64,000 bases of DNA from Oikopleura dioica (Eukaryota; Animalia; Chordata), in contig OU015569.1 in NCBI GenBank assembly GCA_907165135.1, forward strand, positions 10,354,001 through 10,418,000, read 5' to 3'. Numbering within the stretch: position 1 is the stretch's first letter; every line of letters starts with the position of its first letter. A model generated the notes under the pieces. The model made no database searches. It saw only the letters and a list, made by a program, of their open reading frames with translations, and was not told the origin of the DNA. Positions 51,214 to 64,000 of the stretch are shown one piece after another. The position numbers were made by a program, and so were the translations under genes.

Positions 51214-54200
51214 TTATGATAGGCCAGTACGAGATGAGGTTTTGTTTCGTTCGATTATTTGTATCAGCCGAGCTCGATTTTTCTGCGAAAGACTTGCTCC
51301 AGATTGGCGGACGAGAGCTTGCAGGGTCTTGGCACCAAACATTTTATCACTCTCCACAAAGCCTAAAAGAGTATAATACTGAACAAGCTGGTCGTTTTCT
51401 TACTGTTTAGCTCATCTTCTGTCAAGTAAAACGCTCGTATAAAAGTTTCGGTGTACGTTCGGATCGCAGGAGGAGATTTGACTCCAGAAATTAGCTCCAA
51501 TCTATGAAGGCATTGATGATAGTCGAAGTTCATCTGTGCACGCCCTTCTGCAGACATCTTGCTGATTTGGGAGTATCCTTCAACGAGGACAACGCCGATC
51601 GCTCGAGCTACTTCCACCTAGTTTATCATATTTTGCCATAGTACTTCTTAAAAGTGTAATTACCCATATTATTTCGTATAACTGACTGGAGATACGAAGA
51701 TTGCGACCTATTCTTTGAATAGTTCGTTTTATTTTTTCCATTTGGCGAGCAAGACGATCCACATATTTGCTAGAAACATCGGAAATTGTCGATGTATCCC
51801 ATTTCGTTGCGGCGATATCACTGAAGATTTCGCTCGTTTCCAATACATCGTTGCAGAAAGGAGACAACGTCATCGTTGTGATCTCTAAAGAGAAACTTCA
51901 TCGTCATAGAATCGCTATTTTATGACTGACCAGAAACATTTTAAATCGTTAGTGTTTAAATGTCCTCAATAAAGTAATGATTCACCAATGAGAAGTAAAT
52001 AGGGCCGAGTAGCTACGAACTAGGGTGAGCGGGGGATCGAACTAATAGGGTGTGCCTCTGTAGCTAACCTTGCGGAACGGCTTTGATGCTGTTCGTATAG
52101 AAACGCGTGAGTATCATCATTCTGTTTTCAGGAATATACGACTCCAAGTGGCTTTTCAACTTGGTGAACTCTTTCGCTAAGTTACGAACTGACTCGACGG
52201 CGACGATTCTGTTTCCAAGGCCCCAGAAGTTCTCGGCAGAGAAGTCAACGTTCCCACTATCGCCGCCGATCATCTGCAAGAAGTTGCCCTCTGTCATTCC
52301 AAGAACGCCAGTTTTGAATCGCTCCCGGTTGGTGAAGAATCTGTGGACGCTCCAGAGGTAGACTTCGTAAAGAACAGTGATTCCCTGGATCACTTGTACA
52401 CCAACGGGGTGGAGTACATCAGCCATCTGAATGTATTGCCCGCAGAGGCGAAGGACAGTCATCGCTGTATTCGTCATTGTAATTGAAAAGTTTCCATTTT
52501 TCGATGTTTCCATAACTGGCCTATCGTCTTCATCTTCTATGACAACATCGGCGAGGAGATCTGGATCTTCATCTTCTTCATCTGAGCAAACGTCCAAATC
52601 TTCATCATCATGAGCGTTTTCGATGCCCTTGGCGATGGATTCTCTGTCAAACGGGTCGTTTCTTGAGCAAAGATACTTTTTAGAGCTGCTTGATCCAGTC
52701 CCGGAGCCGGTTTTGGAACGTCCTTTGGAGATCCGTTTTTTCAGAAATTCAAATTCTTTGAGTTGCGTAAACTCGAAGTTCTGCCGCAGGGGGCATGGCT
52801 CCCACGATTCTTGAGTGAGGAAGAGTAGGAGTTCCTCGACCTTGCGATTGTGAAACTCGGTGAAAAACATTGATGCAGACTCTTTTAGCGAGTCCTGAAG
52901 AGCATTAGAGTCACTTTGGCAGAATTCATATCCGACTTCCGTCAATCGCTTAACGATGGTGAGTATGTGAAGAAGAGTGGTATAATCTGTGTTTGACAAA
53001 TTGTTAACGCGTATGAGAGTGCAGCAATTCTTCTGCACCAGTTCCCAAATCGCACTTTTCCGCTGCGAGAGCTTTGAAAAGGCGAGATCGCGCACTGCAG
53101 TGTCCGCCTTTCTGTAATAGCTCTGGATGGAGGTGTAAGAGGAGAGAATTTGCCAGACGATGCTGGCGAAGAGGGTGAGTGTATTGCACAGATCTGAGGG
53201 GTTTGAATTCGCTCGGCGAGGTGAGGATTTGGCTGGGCGTCCTCGCTACTGTTTGCGATTATCATCTCTTGGCCGGTGATTTTGTTGAAGCAGTTTTGCA
53301 GACTATCTTTAGTGAAGTGATTGATTTTGTCCATTATCAATCCGGGCGGGATTTTCAGCAGCTCATAAGCTTCCACTAGGGAGGTAAAACGAATCTCGTC
53401 AAAGTTCGAAATCAAGGAGCACAAAATAGTGTCCAAACTAGCGATGGCAGTTTCGGAAGTGTTCGTGAAGCGCGTCGAGAGCTTGAAACAACACGGAAAC
53501 TGCTTGTACGATTCAGCTATGTCGCGACAGTTGAGCATCAACTTGATCGCTTGGGTGAAGTCGGAGGTGCGTAGGAAATCGTTGAGCGTCGCTTCTAGCT
53601 GGATCAGAGTCTTGATACCGTACAAGATCTCTCGAGCTGCGCGCGCGTTCTTTAGACTTTTTTGCTTTGAAACTATGAGCAACGGGGAACGGCTCTTATT
53701 CTTCATCGCGGAGACTTTTTTCCGCGTCTCGTACGCGTGCATCATCGCTCTAGAAACGGGTAAACAGGAGGAAGTGAAGAGGATAATTTACGATTTGAGG
53801 AGATTGTTGATGTTGTCAATTTCTGACTGGTGCTGGACATAGGCTTTCTCGTTCTTTTGGATTGTTTGATTCAAAGTGTTGGTGATCGATTTGAGCTGGT
53901 TCTTCATTATCTGGATTCGCTCAAATGAGACTTTTTCGTCCTCTCCTTCGAACTCTCGCAGCAATTTCTAAAGAAAGATAGGCAAGAAAACCCTACCAAT
54001 TGAAAAGTTACCAATTTGATTTCATGCTCGCTCAGTTCGAAGATCTCGTTGTCGAGAGAAGCAATGACAGCGGCGTCTGTTCTCGCTCGATACGTCAGAT
54101 TCACATTTTCAATTACTTGCTCGATCTCCTCTGTAGGCGCTTTGATCAGAGTAGGAGCGGGTTTTTCTTTTTCCTCAAACGGATTCTAAATTATTCGTAG

Positions 54201-54479
54201 CGTGTCTTTTTTTGAACTCTTAACAATCTACCGAAATCACATTATTGAGGTTGTCATCGAGGCTTGGGATGACAATATCGACTTCCTCATCGTCTTCCTC
54301 GTCCTCGTCTACCTAAAATAGAATTGCTCGATACTGTTCTCGGAATCCTGTCTTGCCTCTCTGAACGGATTGTTTTCGTCAAGAGAGTCTTGAGTAGCAG
54401 CAGAATCGTTGAATGGGTTTCCTGCTCTGTCGTCCTCATCTTCTCCGAAAGGGTTTCCCGGAGGAGCGGGCCCGCTCAT
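51214..54479 (-). CDS. VPS50: Syndetin, EARP complex subunit
   Basis: FLTQESWEPCP, LKEFEFL, TNTAMTVLRLCGQYIQM, GLGNRIVAVESV, VEGYSQISKMSAEGRAQMNFD. Confidence 0.9.
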
Positions 54480-56608
54480 CTTGCATCTTAACAACCTGCT
54501 TTCAATTTTCGTGACTCGTTTGAATTTCATCAAATTCGGGTCATTATTTTTTCATTTAGAGTAAAAACAGTATTCAATTTCAACAAATTTCAATATTTCA
54601 TAATTACAGCAGTAGTAAAAATCGTAATAATCGATGGTTTAAAAATCGAGTATTAGAAATTAGAAAAAATCTGACTTTTTTAAATAATTTGAAGGGTTTT
54701 TTTAAACACGATAACAAATGCCCGGGCTATTAACTTGTTTCATACTTGTTTATTTTTCGATAAGTTGTTCTCACAAAAACAAAAACTGCGAAAAGAGAGT
54801 GATTCCAAGAAAAAAAGGTTGAATTCAATTAGTCTAAATTGGTAAAGTTGTATTGACAGGGGGTTTTAGAATAAAGAAAAAAATAGAGAGCAGTGCTGAA
54901 TAGAAAGAGAAAGTCTCGGAAACTCATATTTTCGAGAATTTTTATTTGTAATAATTGAATTTATATTTGATATTTACAAAGGTGGAAATTTGTGGCTATT
55001 GGAAATAATCTAAATATATATATATGTATATTTAAAAGAAGGTCTGGAGGATCGGGATCAAATTAGTCAGAATCGTAGTGTCGATTCTGACAATTGACAA
55101 TATCAATGTTCTTATCTGTTGGTATTTTTTGCCAAAAATGGAAACAGGGGTCGATAAGTTCTTCAACGACAATAAATAATAAAAGAAATAAAGAAAAAAA
55201 CGTGTCTTCTTTAAACACTATCAACAAAAGAAGGTCAATGAACTTTACTTGTTGCAACCTTCGGTTGAAGCTGGTTAACTCGAAACTGGTACTGTAAAGG
55301 CAATGTAAGCTGATGTTGACGATGTTTTTTTTATAAAAAAAATACAGAATGCGATTTTGAAATTTTAAGGCATTGGTTATGTCTCAGACTATATCTTCTT
55401 TTTTTTGTTTTGTTTTTCATACCCTTTGACTCGTATTTTTGGCAAAGCGGTTCTTCTCAAATTAATGAGCAAAGGGTACGCTGGAAGAAATAGTAGTAGT
55501 TTGTTTCAATATGTAAATGATCAAAATACAAATTGAGTAAAAATAGTAGTAATAGAGTTGAGTGCGAAAGTTTTTTGTTTCAATGAATGATATGATAAGA
55601 ATAATAAATGATAATGGAACTTATAGATGGAGTGGAGATACTTTGCTCAGACTTTTTCACTTTTTCGTGTGTAAAAAGATGTTTTGGACAAAATTGGACA
55701 TTGGAAACCGGAAATCATTTTGGAAAAATTCAAATTTTGAATTTCCTTTTTAAATTTGAGAAGAGTAAATCTCAACAAACAGGCGATGCAAATATTTTAG
55801 TTGTAATTTTCAACGAAGTAAAAATGTAAATTCTTATTAACAAGTCTTATCTGTAGGCAGAGAATCGAAGCGTAAAGTTGTGGCAAGATATGTGAATTGT
55901 AAAAACTGGTATAAGAGCTGAGAGCGGCGGAGCCAACGTTATCTTTTTCCACGTCAACAAAATAGTATTAACCTGTTACTGCTGCTGAATGCCTTTTCAA
56001 ACGCCTCATCACTTACAATGGCACTTTTAAAAGCAAGAACAAAAAAATACTCCGAATTAACATTTGATTCTACGTATTATTCTTAGACTTCGAAATACTT
56101 AGGGAAGTCCCACAAATTCCTATATCCCGCTCGAAGACAAACTTGATAAAAGTCGAAGCTCCAATTTGGCGAGATGAGATAAGAGTGCTGCTATGTTAAA
56201 TCCGTAAGAAAGTGGACCAAACTTCATTTTCACATTGCCAAGGCTCTTAGAAAAATCTGAGAACAGAAAGAACTATCCACTGAAGTCAAACCTTCGAATT
56301 TTTAGTTGGGCGTTTCTAGTTCCTGCTTGGCCAGAACAAAAAAATAGTGCCGAATGTAAGTAAAAGTTTACAACGGTCTTGATATCTGCAAACTCGAGTA
56401 AAGAATAGTAAGTCAAATTGATGAGGTATATTTGGAAGTCATAACAGCCTAGTCAGTCAAAAAAATATATTAACCTAAAGTAAAATGCAACTTTTTCTTT
56501 TATCAAACAACAGTTTGATGCATTTTTTCGCATTTTTACGGCTGCAAAGGAAATATCGGTAAATTCCATCTTTGCAGAATATAATAAATGAACTTATTAG
56601 ATATCCGT

Positions 56609-59600
56609 TCATTCAATTATTGAAGACGTTTGCCTGTATCCATTTACGTTCTCTTCGAACTCGCTCATGAGATCTCCCGCGTCGTTTAGGTCAAAGATTG
56701 GCTTGGCCTTGTGCCTGCTTCGTTTAGCGGCCTCGCGAGCCTCGTGTCTCTTACGTTTTTGTTCTTCATCTTCAAATAGAACGTTATGTAACCGGATTTC
56801 GGTATGAATCTGTTTGAACACCCATCTATCAACGAAAAGATGAATACGGAAATTTGACGGTGAGGATGAAGTGTACACCAATGTGGGCCAAATGGACTGG
56901 ATTGCCAGCATTAGTTGCCCACCCTGGTGCTATCGAGCATGATTTTTGTTGTTTGTTTGTTTTTTACAAAAAAATTCAACGACGACGGTTGAATTTTCAA
57001 GCGATGGGTGAATAGCTGCCAAGCGATGCGGGGTAGTAGTGTGGTAGTGTAAATGATAGATTTATTAGATAGAAACATAGAATAAATTAAATGATTTCTT
57101 GTTATTCTGATTCTGCTTTCTTGCATCTTTAATCGTTAGCGGAGTCAGAGCTCAAGGTCTTACCATCTTCCTCCGGTAATCCAAGAATGGGACCCTTTGG
57201 TGGCACATGGCTTTGAATTGATGGCTCGCCAAGGATAGCTGAGAGGACATTATCTGAAAATGGTTTTGGCGTTTGAGTCCTTGTTTATTTCTTGATTTTT
57301 CCTACCAGTTGGCGGCGGAGAACTTTTGGCATCAGGAACATCCTTTTTGAGAATCTCTTCTCGCCTCCTTTTCTGGTCGGCCAGGAGTTTGAACTCGTTC
57401 AATGTTCGGTTGTCATCAGACACGCTTAGTTTCTTTTCTGGGCTGGGGTCTGTTGGACTGCCGAAACTCCATGCGCTGCCTTTTCTTTCTGGCGTTGATC
57501 CTTTGACAGGCCGCGACGATCCTTTTTCCGTCGTGTTGTTGTTGATCGGCTTTGCGAATGTAGGCTGCGAGGAGGAGCCACCGTTTGTCGCGTCGCTCGA
57601 GATCTGTTGCTCTTTCGGCGACTTGGCAATTTCGGACTTGATTGTCGGAGGCAGAACGGATGCTGCTTCATCATCTTCGCTCAATCGAGCATCAGCATCA
57701 AGAGGCGTCGACTCCTTTAGCGAGACACTCGCCTCGGGTCTCTTTGCGTGCCCATTCTGCTGCGCCGTGGATTCCGCAGTACTGGGCGGAGTTAGACGCT
57801 CGACTTTTGGTTCAACGACTTCCGTCTTTGGCGACTTCTTTCGCTCAGCCTCGTTGATTGGCGAGAGACTGGGGCCTTTTGGCTTCTGCGTCGTTTCTTC
57901 TTGCTCAGTTTCCGTCTCAGAGTCACTGGAATCGGATCCGGACTCGCTTGAACTGGAATCGGAAGAACTCGAGGACGACTGAACCGAATCTACGGAATCT
58001 TGTTACTGTTATAATACAAGACGTCATTGATATCTTACTGTCGAGATTTCGTTTGTTGTTTGCTCTCGGCTTGATTCCAAGTTCCTTGTCGAGCTGGGCA
58101 ACTTGCTTTTGCAAGGTTCTAGCATTGTAAATTTTAAGGGGCTGGATGACAAGCTGAATTGTCTTCCAAGCATAATGACAACCTTATATTTTGATTAAAA
58201 ATAAACCTCAAACCCTAACTTCGTTAGACCATTTTTTCATGAAAGTTAAAAGCTTTCTTTAGTTTCTACGGTTGCCGCGATTCGAAATTTATAAATAATT
58301 TTTCACAAATTTTTTCATCAAATTTCTTAAATTAGCTAAGCTAGAGCCTTTCCTGCTGATTTCTGATGATTTTTTCTTCCAAGTCTTTAGCAAGTTGCCG
58401 ACTAAAGTTGCATAAGACAATAATCAGAGAAAAGAAAAACTACCTCTTGGAAGGGCGGGAATCACGTGACTCACGAAGAACTCGTTTGACAAACGATTCT
58501 AGAGCACGGAGAGTAACAGGTCTTAGCGTTTCGAAATCAATTTCAATTTCGTCGGGTTTGGTATCCTTCAGATTCGGCTCGTGCTTCTATTTAGCGCAAG
58601 AATCATTAGTTACTTTGCACTGACAGTAGCAAACCTGGATGATGGTGACAACTTTGCGCAGTTTTTCTTTGGGCAAGCGGTTTATATTTAGTGATAGTTT
58701 TCGTTTTTCGTCGTATGTCATCTTCTCCTTCTCTTCTGGATTCTCGGGCTCGACAGTCTCCTCTTTAATCGCTTTCGACGAGGAAGCAGCTTCCGGGACT
58801 CGATGCTGGAGCTTCGTCGCCTTCTTGGCACTTGGATTTCGCTGCTTGGGGATTACTGGTTGAGGAGGTTGCTCTAGGACTAAGAGGACAATAAGTACTA
58901 AAACTAGGAGAGAATATGCTCACCTCTCGGAGGATTCTTTGTCTGTTCCCGATGCAGGAGCTCTGCTTCCGTGGGCTTGCGGACTCTACCACTCCTCGAC
59001 GTTTCATCCCTCCTTACTTGCTTGTTGTGTTTTCTTTGGTGCGATATCAGCAGTTTTTGCTGAATAAAAAGGTTGGCTAAGAGTCGTCTATTGGCCTCAA
59101 AACCTGTCTTTCGGTCAAATCCGCAACTTCATTGAGAATTTCCGTCAATCGTTCGCTAATGTAATCGAGTTCCTCGTCCATCTCCTCCTCCGACGTTGGC
59201 TTTGGTCGTTTCCCTGATTTAGTCGAGTGGCCGGAGCGCTCGCTCGCTGCGTTAGAATTTTCGTTTTCATCATCGAAAACTTCTTCTTCCTCCTCTTCTT
59301 CTTCTTCGCCTTCCTCGTCTTCCTCTTCGTTGTCGCCCTCAGAGCCGGATTCTCCTCCGTCCGATTCTGCTTCGGACTTGACTTCCGTCTGGCCCTTTTC
59401 TTCTCGTGCAGCCTGCTCGATTTCCTCCTCTTCTTGGTCTTCTATAGTTTTCAAATAAATGCCCCACCTATAAAATGAGCATGAATGATGAAGACAATTC
59501 TACTGTCGCATTCTCGTGGAGAGAAGGCCGCTTACTTTTTGTGAAACACATTGTCAAGCTTTTTGGCACATTTGACGACGGCATTTTGCGGCGGATTGTA

Positions 59601-61097
59601 GCGATAGCAGTTGTGAAACATCAGTTCCATGTCCTTTTCGACTTCCGCGGGAGTGTTGTACTTGCCGTCGATCAATTTCTGCCGTATCGTGCCCATGTCC
59701 ATCGGTTCGGTGATGATTTTTGGGTAGTCCGGGAGTTTCAGTTTTTTATAATCTACGGGTTCATAGAACAGATATGCTATACCTAAACAAAGAGGTTAGC
59801 AAAGAAGACGAAAGGGTGGGAAGTTACTTTGATGCTCCGGTGCAAAAAGCGCATCGATGACACCCTTTGCGCCGGAGATCCATCTTCTCCTCTTCTTTGG
59901 CTTCTTATTGTCCGGCTCGGAGCAAAGTGAACCATCAGTGTCGACAGGAGTGCCACTGGGTCTCTTCACGCCGCGGCGTTTGCTAAATTGAAAATATGAG
60001 AAATACCAGCACCCAGTATCTTTCGTACTTGGCGGCCTGGAAGTTTTCCCGAGCGTTGCTGCTCGAGCTACTCGAGCCAAGCCTAGAAGTGATTGCTTCG
60101 TCAGAGTTCTGAGTCGCGTTGTTCTTTTCCGCGGGCTCCTTCCTCGCCGCCGGTGGACGCTGCTTCTTTCCCGGCCCCTTAGACTTTTTCGTCGACTTGG
60201 GTGGGTGCGGCGGTTCGGCCTGAAACACACTGTAAGACGCGGAAACCAGGAAAAGATTTTCGAAATTTCAAGTATTTTCAAAGAAGCTTTATTTTCGTGA
60301 ATAGCGCCAAGTACCTCCAATTCGCTTCTAAGCGTCGGATCAGAGTTCATCTTCTTGACCAGATCCTTGAATGCCGACTCGACCGCCTGACACATCAAGG
60401 TCACATCGTCCGTCGGCTTGTTATAAAGATAGCAGTTGGAAAACATGACTTCGAAGTCGGATAGCGCCTCCGCTCCACTAGAAAAGACCATTTTTAGCCC
60501 AGAGTAGGGAAAAGAAGGATTGCTTACGAGTTGTACTGATAAGTGTCGAACTTTTTCCTGATCGTCGACAAGTCCATGGGCTTTTTAACGACGTCATAAT
60601 AGTCCGGAAGGGAGAGCTTGACTGGATCAACGGGTTTCTGAGAGAGTTTTTATTTTTCGCCAATAACAGTCGCTTTTTTAATTTAATTAACTGGAGATTC
60701 TATTTATTTTTCTAAAAAATGGTTTAAAAATCCATGAATGGCTATCATTTTGACTGATTACTGAATTTGACGTTCATCCATATATAACTGTATAAAAAAA
60801 TTTTCACGAGTCTGCGTAAGACGAAATGAACATTTTCAATTTAATGAAAATGAAGATTTACGAAAATGACTTTCAAGAGATTTTGAGTGACACTGTATTC
60901 CGATTATTTTAATTAACGACGATTATTATTATCGGACTGCTGAGGAAGATTTGAGGATTATGAGTTTTGTGTTTTGTCTGCACCTGGAATGGCCATGCAT
61001 GCTGGTGCTTCTGCACTTTCACCAGTATTTCTTTTCGGATAAAATCGAGTTGATTCGTCCAGCGCGGCCTGTTCCCATTCGCAGCCTCGGTGCTCAT
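56609..61097 (-). CDS. BET-family protein (BD1, BD2, ET, C-terminal motif), BRD4/BRDT-like
   Basis: BD1: TNQL...HAWPFQKPVD...[10 protein letters not shown]2: EPVD...PMDMGTI...[10 protein letters not shown]: [17 protein letters not shown]...[10 protein letters not shown]-terminal motif: [16 protein letters not shown]. Some linker exons are unresolved. Confidence 0.93.
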
Positions 61098-61937
61098 TGT
61101 CCAGAGTTAGGGAAAATGATTTTTTAGAGGGACATCACAAACTGGCGATCATTCGACGATCTGAACCGCGAATCTTATCTTTTCGTTATTTCGCTATTTC
61201 TATTGTAAATAAACTAAGACATGAAAAATCGTGATTTTCATCTTTTGCAAATTTTTAATAGCAGAGAAAGTTGTAAGTAACAAGACAAAAGAATATACCT
61301 TTTTATGGTATTTTCCCCCCACGCGGGCCTAAGTCCTCGAAAAATGAAAAAAATGCGGACTTCTCTTTCTTTCTTTTTTTACTTGAATGTGGGATTCAGG
61401 GAAATTTATTATGCTGAATTAACGAAATTGAAAATTGGTGAAATTGAAGCTACGGTTTTTGGGGTTGCAGCAGCGCGGATATTAAAGTTTTTCTTTCGTA
61501 AGACACTTTTTTGCGCGCTTTGAATAATACCGCAGTTGTCAATGGGACGCGTGTTGTGTGGAAACGAGATCCTGCGGCCAATCGCGTCGCGACGTCGACG
61601 CAACGCGCAATCGCCAATGATTTCCTCCGCCCACGCTTGGCAAATGGGTAGTAAACCGCCACTACAGCCATAAGGGGGCATCTTTGGCGTCGATGATCTT
61701 TTTGAAATGAAGCTCAAAACAGGAAATTCAGCATATCTGGGTTCCAAGTACAATTCTCTCCTTTACTAATTAATTTTATTAATAAAGTTCAATAATAAAG
61801 AGGTTGATTGACTTGAAATTGAAAGGAATGGGCATTTTGAGCAGTTTCAGTAGTTTATTCGATGGCTAGTGCAGTTACTGAGCAGGGAGATGTTGAAAGA
61901 ACATGTTTCCAATTTATTCCTCTTGATGCTGGATGAT

Positions 61938-63686
61938 TCAAAGTCGCTCAGCAGCAGCGGAGGTGACTTGGCGCTCGTTCTGGGTCATGACGCAGATCTG
62001 GCAGAAGAAGGAAGCGAGAAAGTCGCTAAAAAGGTTTATTGATTGGATGAGTTTGTGAAGATTATTACCAGAATTGATCCTTCGGAATGTTGAATTTCTT
62101 CTTGATCTCTCCTCGTTGTCGCCAGACCATCCAGGTTGGCAGCTTGGGAAGAAATTTGAACTCAAATCATGATAGAAATAAGCTCACCATTAGAAAGAAG
62201 AGTCCAGCGAGCTTGATGCCGATTCCAGTGGCAACAAGTTCTGCTGGTGGCTTGAAAGTTCCGGTTTCAATAGCGGTCTTGATACCTCCCCATGCCATTT
62301 CGATGGTTCCAGCACAGCAGAGTGCACCGCCTACAAACTGACTGCAAGGATGACACAACGCGTGGCACTTGGCTTTCCTGTGTTGAAAAAGAAATCACTG
62401 AATAACTTGTATGGGGAATTTCTAACACTATCCTTCGCCGGGATGGAGATAATTCTGTGTGGTGTAGACAGACCAGGCCGGGTTGACGATAGCACAGATG
62501 CAGATTCCGCAGGCAGGGAGGCTGTCGACGCAAGAGAATAATCCATGCTTGAAGTCGTTTTTGTGCACAGAAGCCTTTGAACAGGTCAGCTTTCTAATTG
62601 CAGAACAATCTCTCTAGTTTCGTAGAAAATTCTAAAACATGATTTTGTGCATGTGAGAACCTATCCTGAAGGAAAGAGGCGGGCTGCTGGGTGACGATGC
62701 CAGTCAATGTGCAGGGTTGAACCAGAGGAACCGTGTCATCTGCTGGTGCAGAAGGATCGGAGAGAGTTCAAAATCACCGTCTTTCCGTTCAAAATGCGAA
62801 TGTAAAAAGGAACTTGCCAAATAGCAGTTGTTTACTCTAACATACCCCCCCCCCTAAATTTCCGCGCAATTCGTGGTATTTCGCCCAAGTTTACGTTTCC
62901 TAACTTTTCCGAAACCCCCGAAATTTACGCTTCCTCGCGTTTCCCCGCGTTTCCAAATTTCTTCTCCTAACTTTTCCGCGTGCGCCCAAATTTACTCGCG
63001 ACCCGCTGAAATGCGCGTCAACGCTTATGATTAATTAACGGGCGCGTTATGCAATCATAGCGCCAAATTAAACCAAGGGATTTTAGTCTTTTTCAGGTAC
63101 TTGAGGCGCTAGAATTGGAAATTTTTCGTGGCTTGGACACATAAAAATCGTACCATTCGAGTAACTTAAAATATTGAGGTCAGGATTTTCAAAATGCAAT
63201 GCTCCGCAGAAGTCGTTTTCATCTATCGCACTAGCATAATGTTTTATCAAATATTTATAAACTTCACTGTAACAATAAACAATAATTTTATCAAAGATAA
63301 CATAAGATAGGGCTGCCCTATACGGGAATCTGGCTTTTTATAAAAGATCATCCTTTATTTGCCCGGAGCGAGCAAAACAAGACTTTTGCGCACTCAGAAA
63401 GTTAACCGGCGAAGCTAATCAGCGCCGCGAGCGTAAATTAGGGCGCACGCAGAAAAGTTAGGAGAGGAAATTTTGAGGCGCGCGGAAAAGTTCTGCGGCG
63501 TAAATTTGGGGGTTTTTGAACAAATCAGGAAGAGTAAATTACGGAAAATGTACCGAGGAATGCGCGAAAATTTGGGGGTGGGGTATGTTAGAAAATGAAA
63601 GAAAGTACGGTGATTTTGGACTCTGGCGCGGTATTCTGAGGATACATTGGCGGATCGTCCCGGCTGGTGAAATTGGTGTAAGCCAT
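61938..63686 (-). CDS. PLAC8/cornifelin-family Cys-rich membrane protein, first exon interrupted by a TIR element
   Basis: MAYTNFTSRDDPPMYPQNTAP|SDPSAP...IVTQQP...FKHGLFSCVD...RGEIKKKFNIP...DFLASFFCQICVMTQNERQV. Confidence 0.7.
62763..63624. mobile_element. 862-bp non-autonomous element with long imperfect terminal inverted repeats
   Basis: Outer IR agagttcaaaatcaccgt / acggtgattttggactct. Inner IR starts tctaacatacccc (62836) / ggggtatgttaga (63592) and continues imperfectly for about 170 bp. AT-rich core. No clear TSD. Confidence 0.8.
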
Positions 63687-64000
63687 TTTGAAGTTCTCTC
63701 TCACTTCACAAGGCTGGGCAACTTGAAAACCCTCCACTTAATCTTTGGGGAACTAGCCAGCCCTGGTCTCTGAAAAATGGTCCACAAAAAACTATAGTTT
63801 ACATATGTTTTCTTCTATTTTCGGAGAGTGTGATGCAACCTGATGAGCGAATAGGCTTTTATACCGACGATGAGTCGAGTTTTCGTTCCGGGCGGCGCTC
63901 GTGGGACAAATTCGTGTGTGGGATTATCACTGATAAAATTCTTCGATGGAATCATCATGAAATCCACTGTGCCGCAATGAAAACTCAACTGGCAATTGCT

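Noticed and set aside
51362-51404. Apparent non-canonical last intron of VPS50
   Set aside because: On recount it is an in-frame GT-AG intron.
54540-56600. 2-kb AT-rich region with short ORFs
   Set aside because: Most simply the BET 3' UTR and intergenic DNA, with no coding signal.

Overview
Eukaryotic (animal) genomic DNA. It is very gene-dense, with many 35-120 nt introns, intergenic gaps as short as about 50 nt, and AG acceptor sites directly in front of start codons. This points to an appendicularian tunicate such as Oikopleura dioica (inference). The left third holds a TSSK-like kinase interrupted by a hAT-like MITE, a secreted coiled-coil protein, intronless FoxB in a large non-coding block, TMEM65, a ZP-module protein, an unusual RhoGEF(DH)-conventional PKC fusion, a PLAT protein and a small membrane protein. 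From 23.7 to 63.7 kb every protein gene is on the minus strand in operon-like spacing: CYC1, IQUB, PSMD8, CPT2, STT3B, TPR, CTNS, DNAJC24, PHF5A, UQCRC2, UFM1, TM2D1, SF3A3, an SH2 protein, VPS50, a BET bromodomain gene, and a PLAC8-like gene interrupted by a TIR element. One tRNA-Trp lies on the plus strand. The main finding is a set of up to eight introns placed by protein homology that lack a GT donor (they start AA, CT, TC, CA or GA). They follow an exon-terminal G (usually AG), end in AG, and have ends that base-pair in a mostly fixed register (G at about +5 with C at about -10). They are a candidate structure-guided intron class, possibly linked to TIR transposons. All gene models were assembled by hand and their boundaries are approximate.
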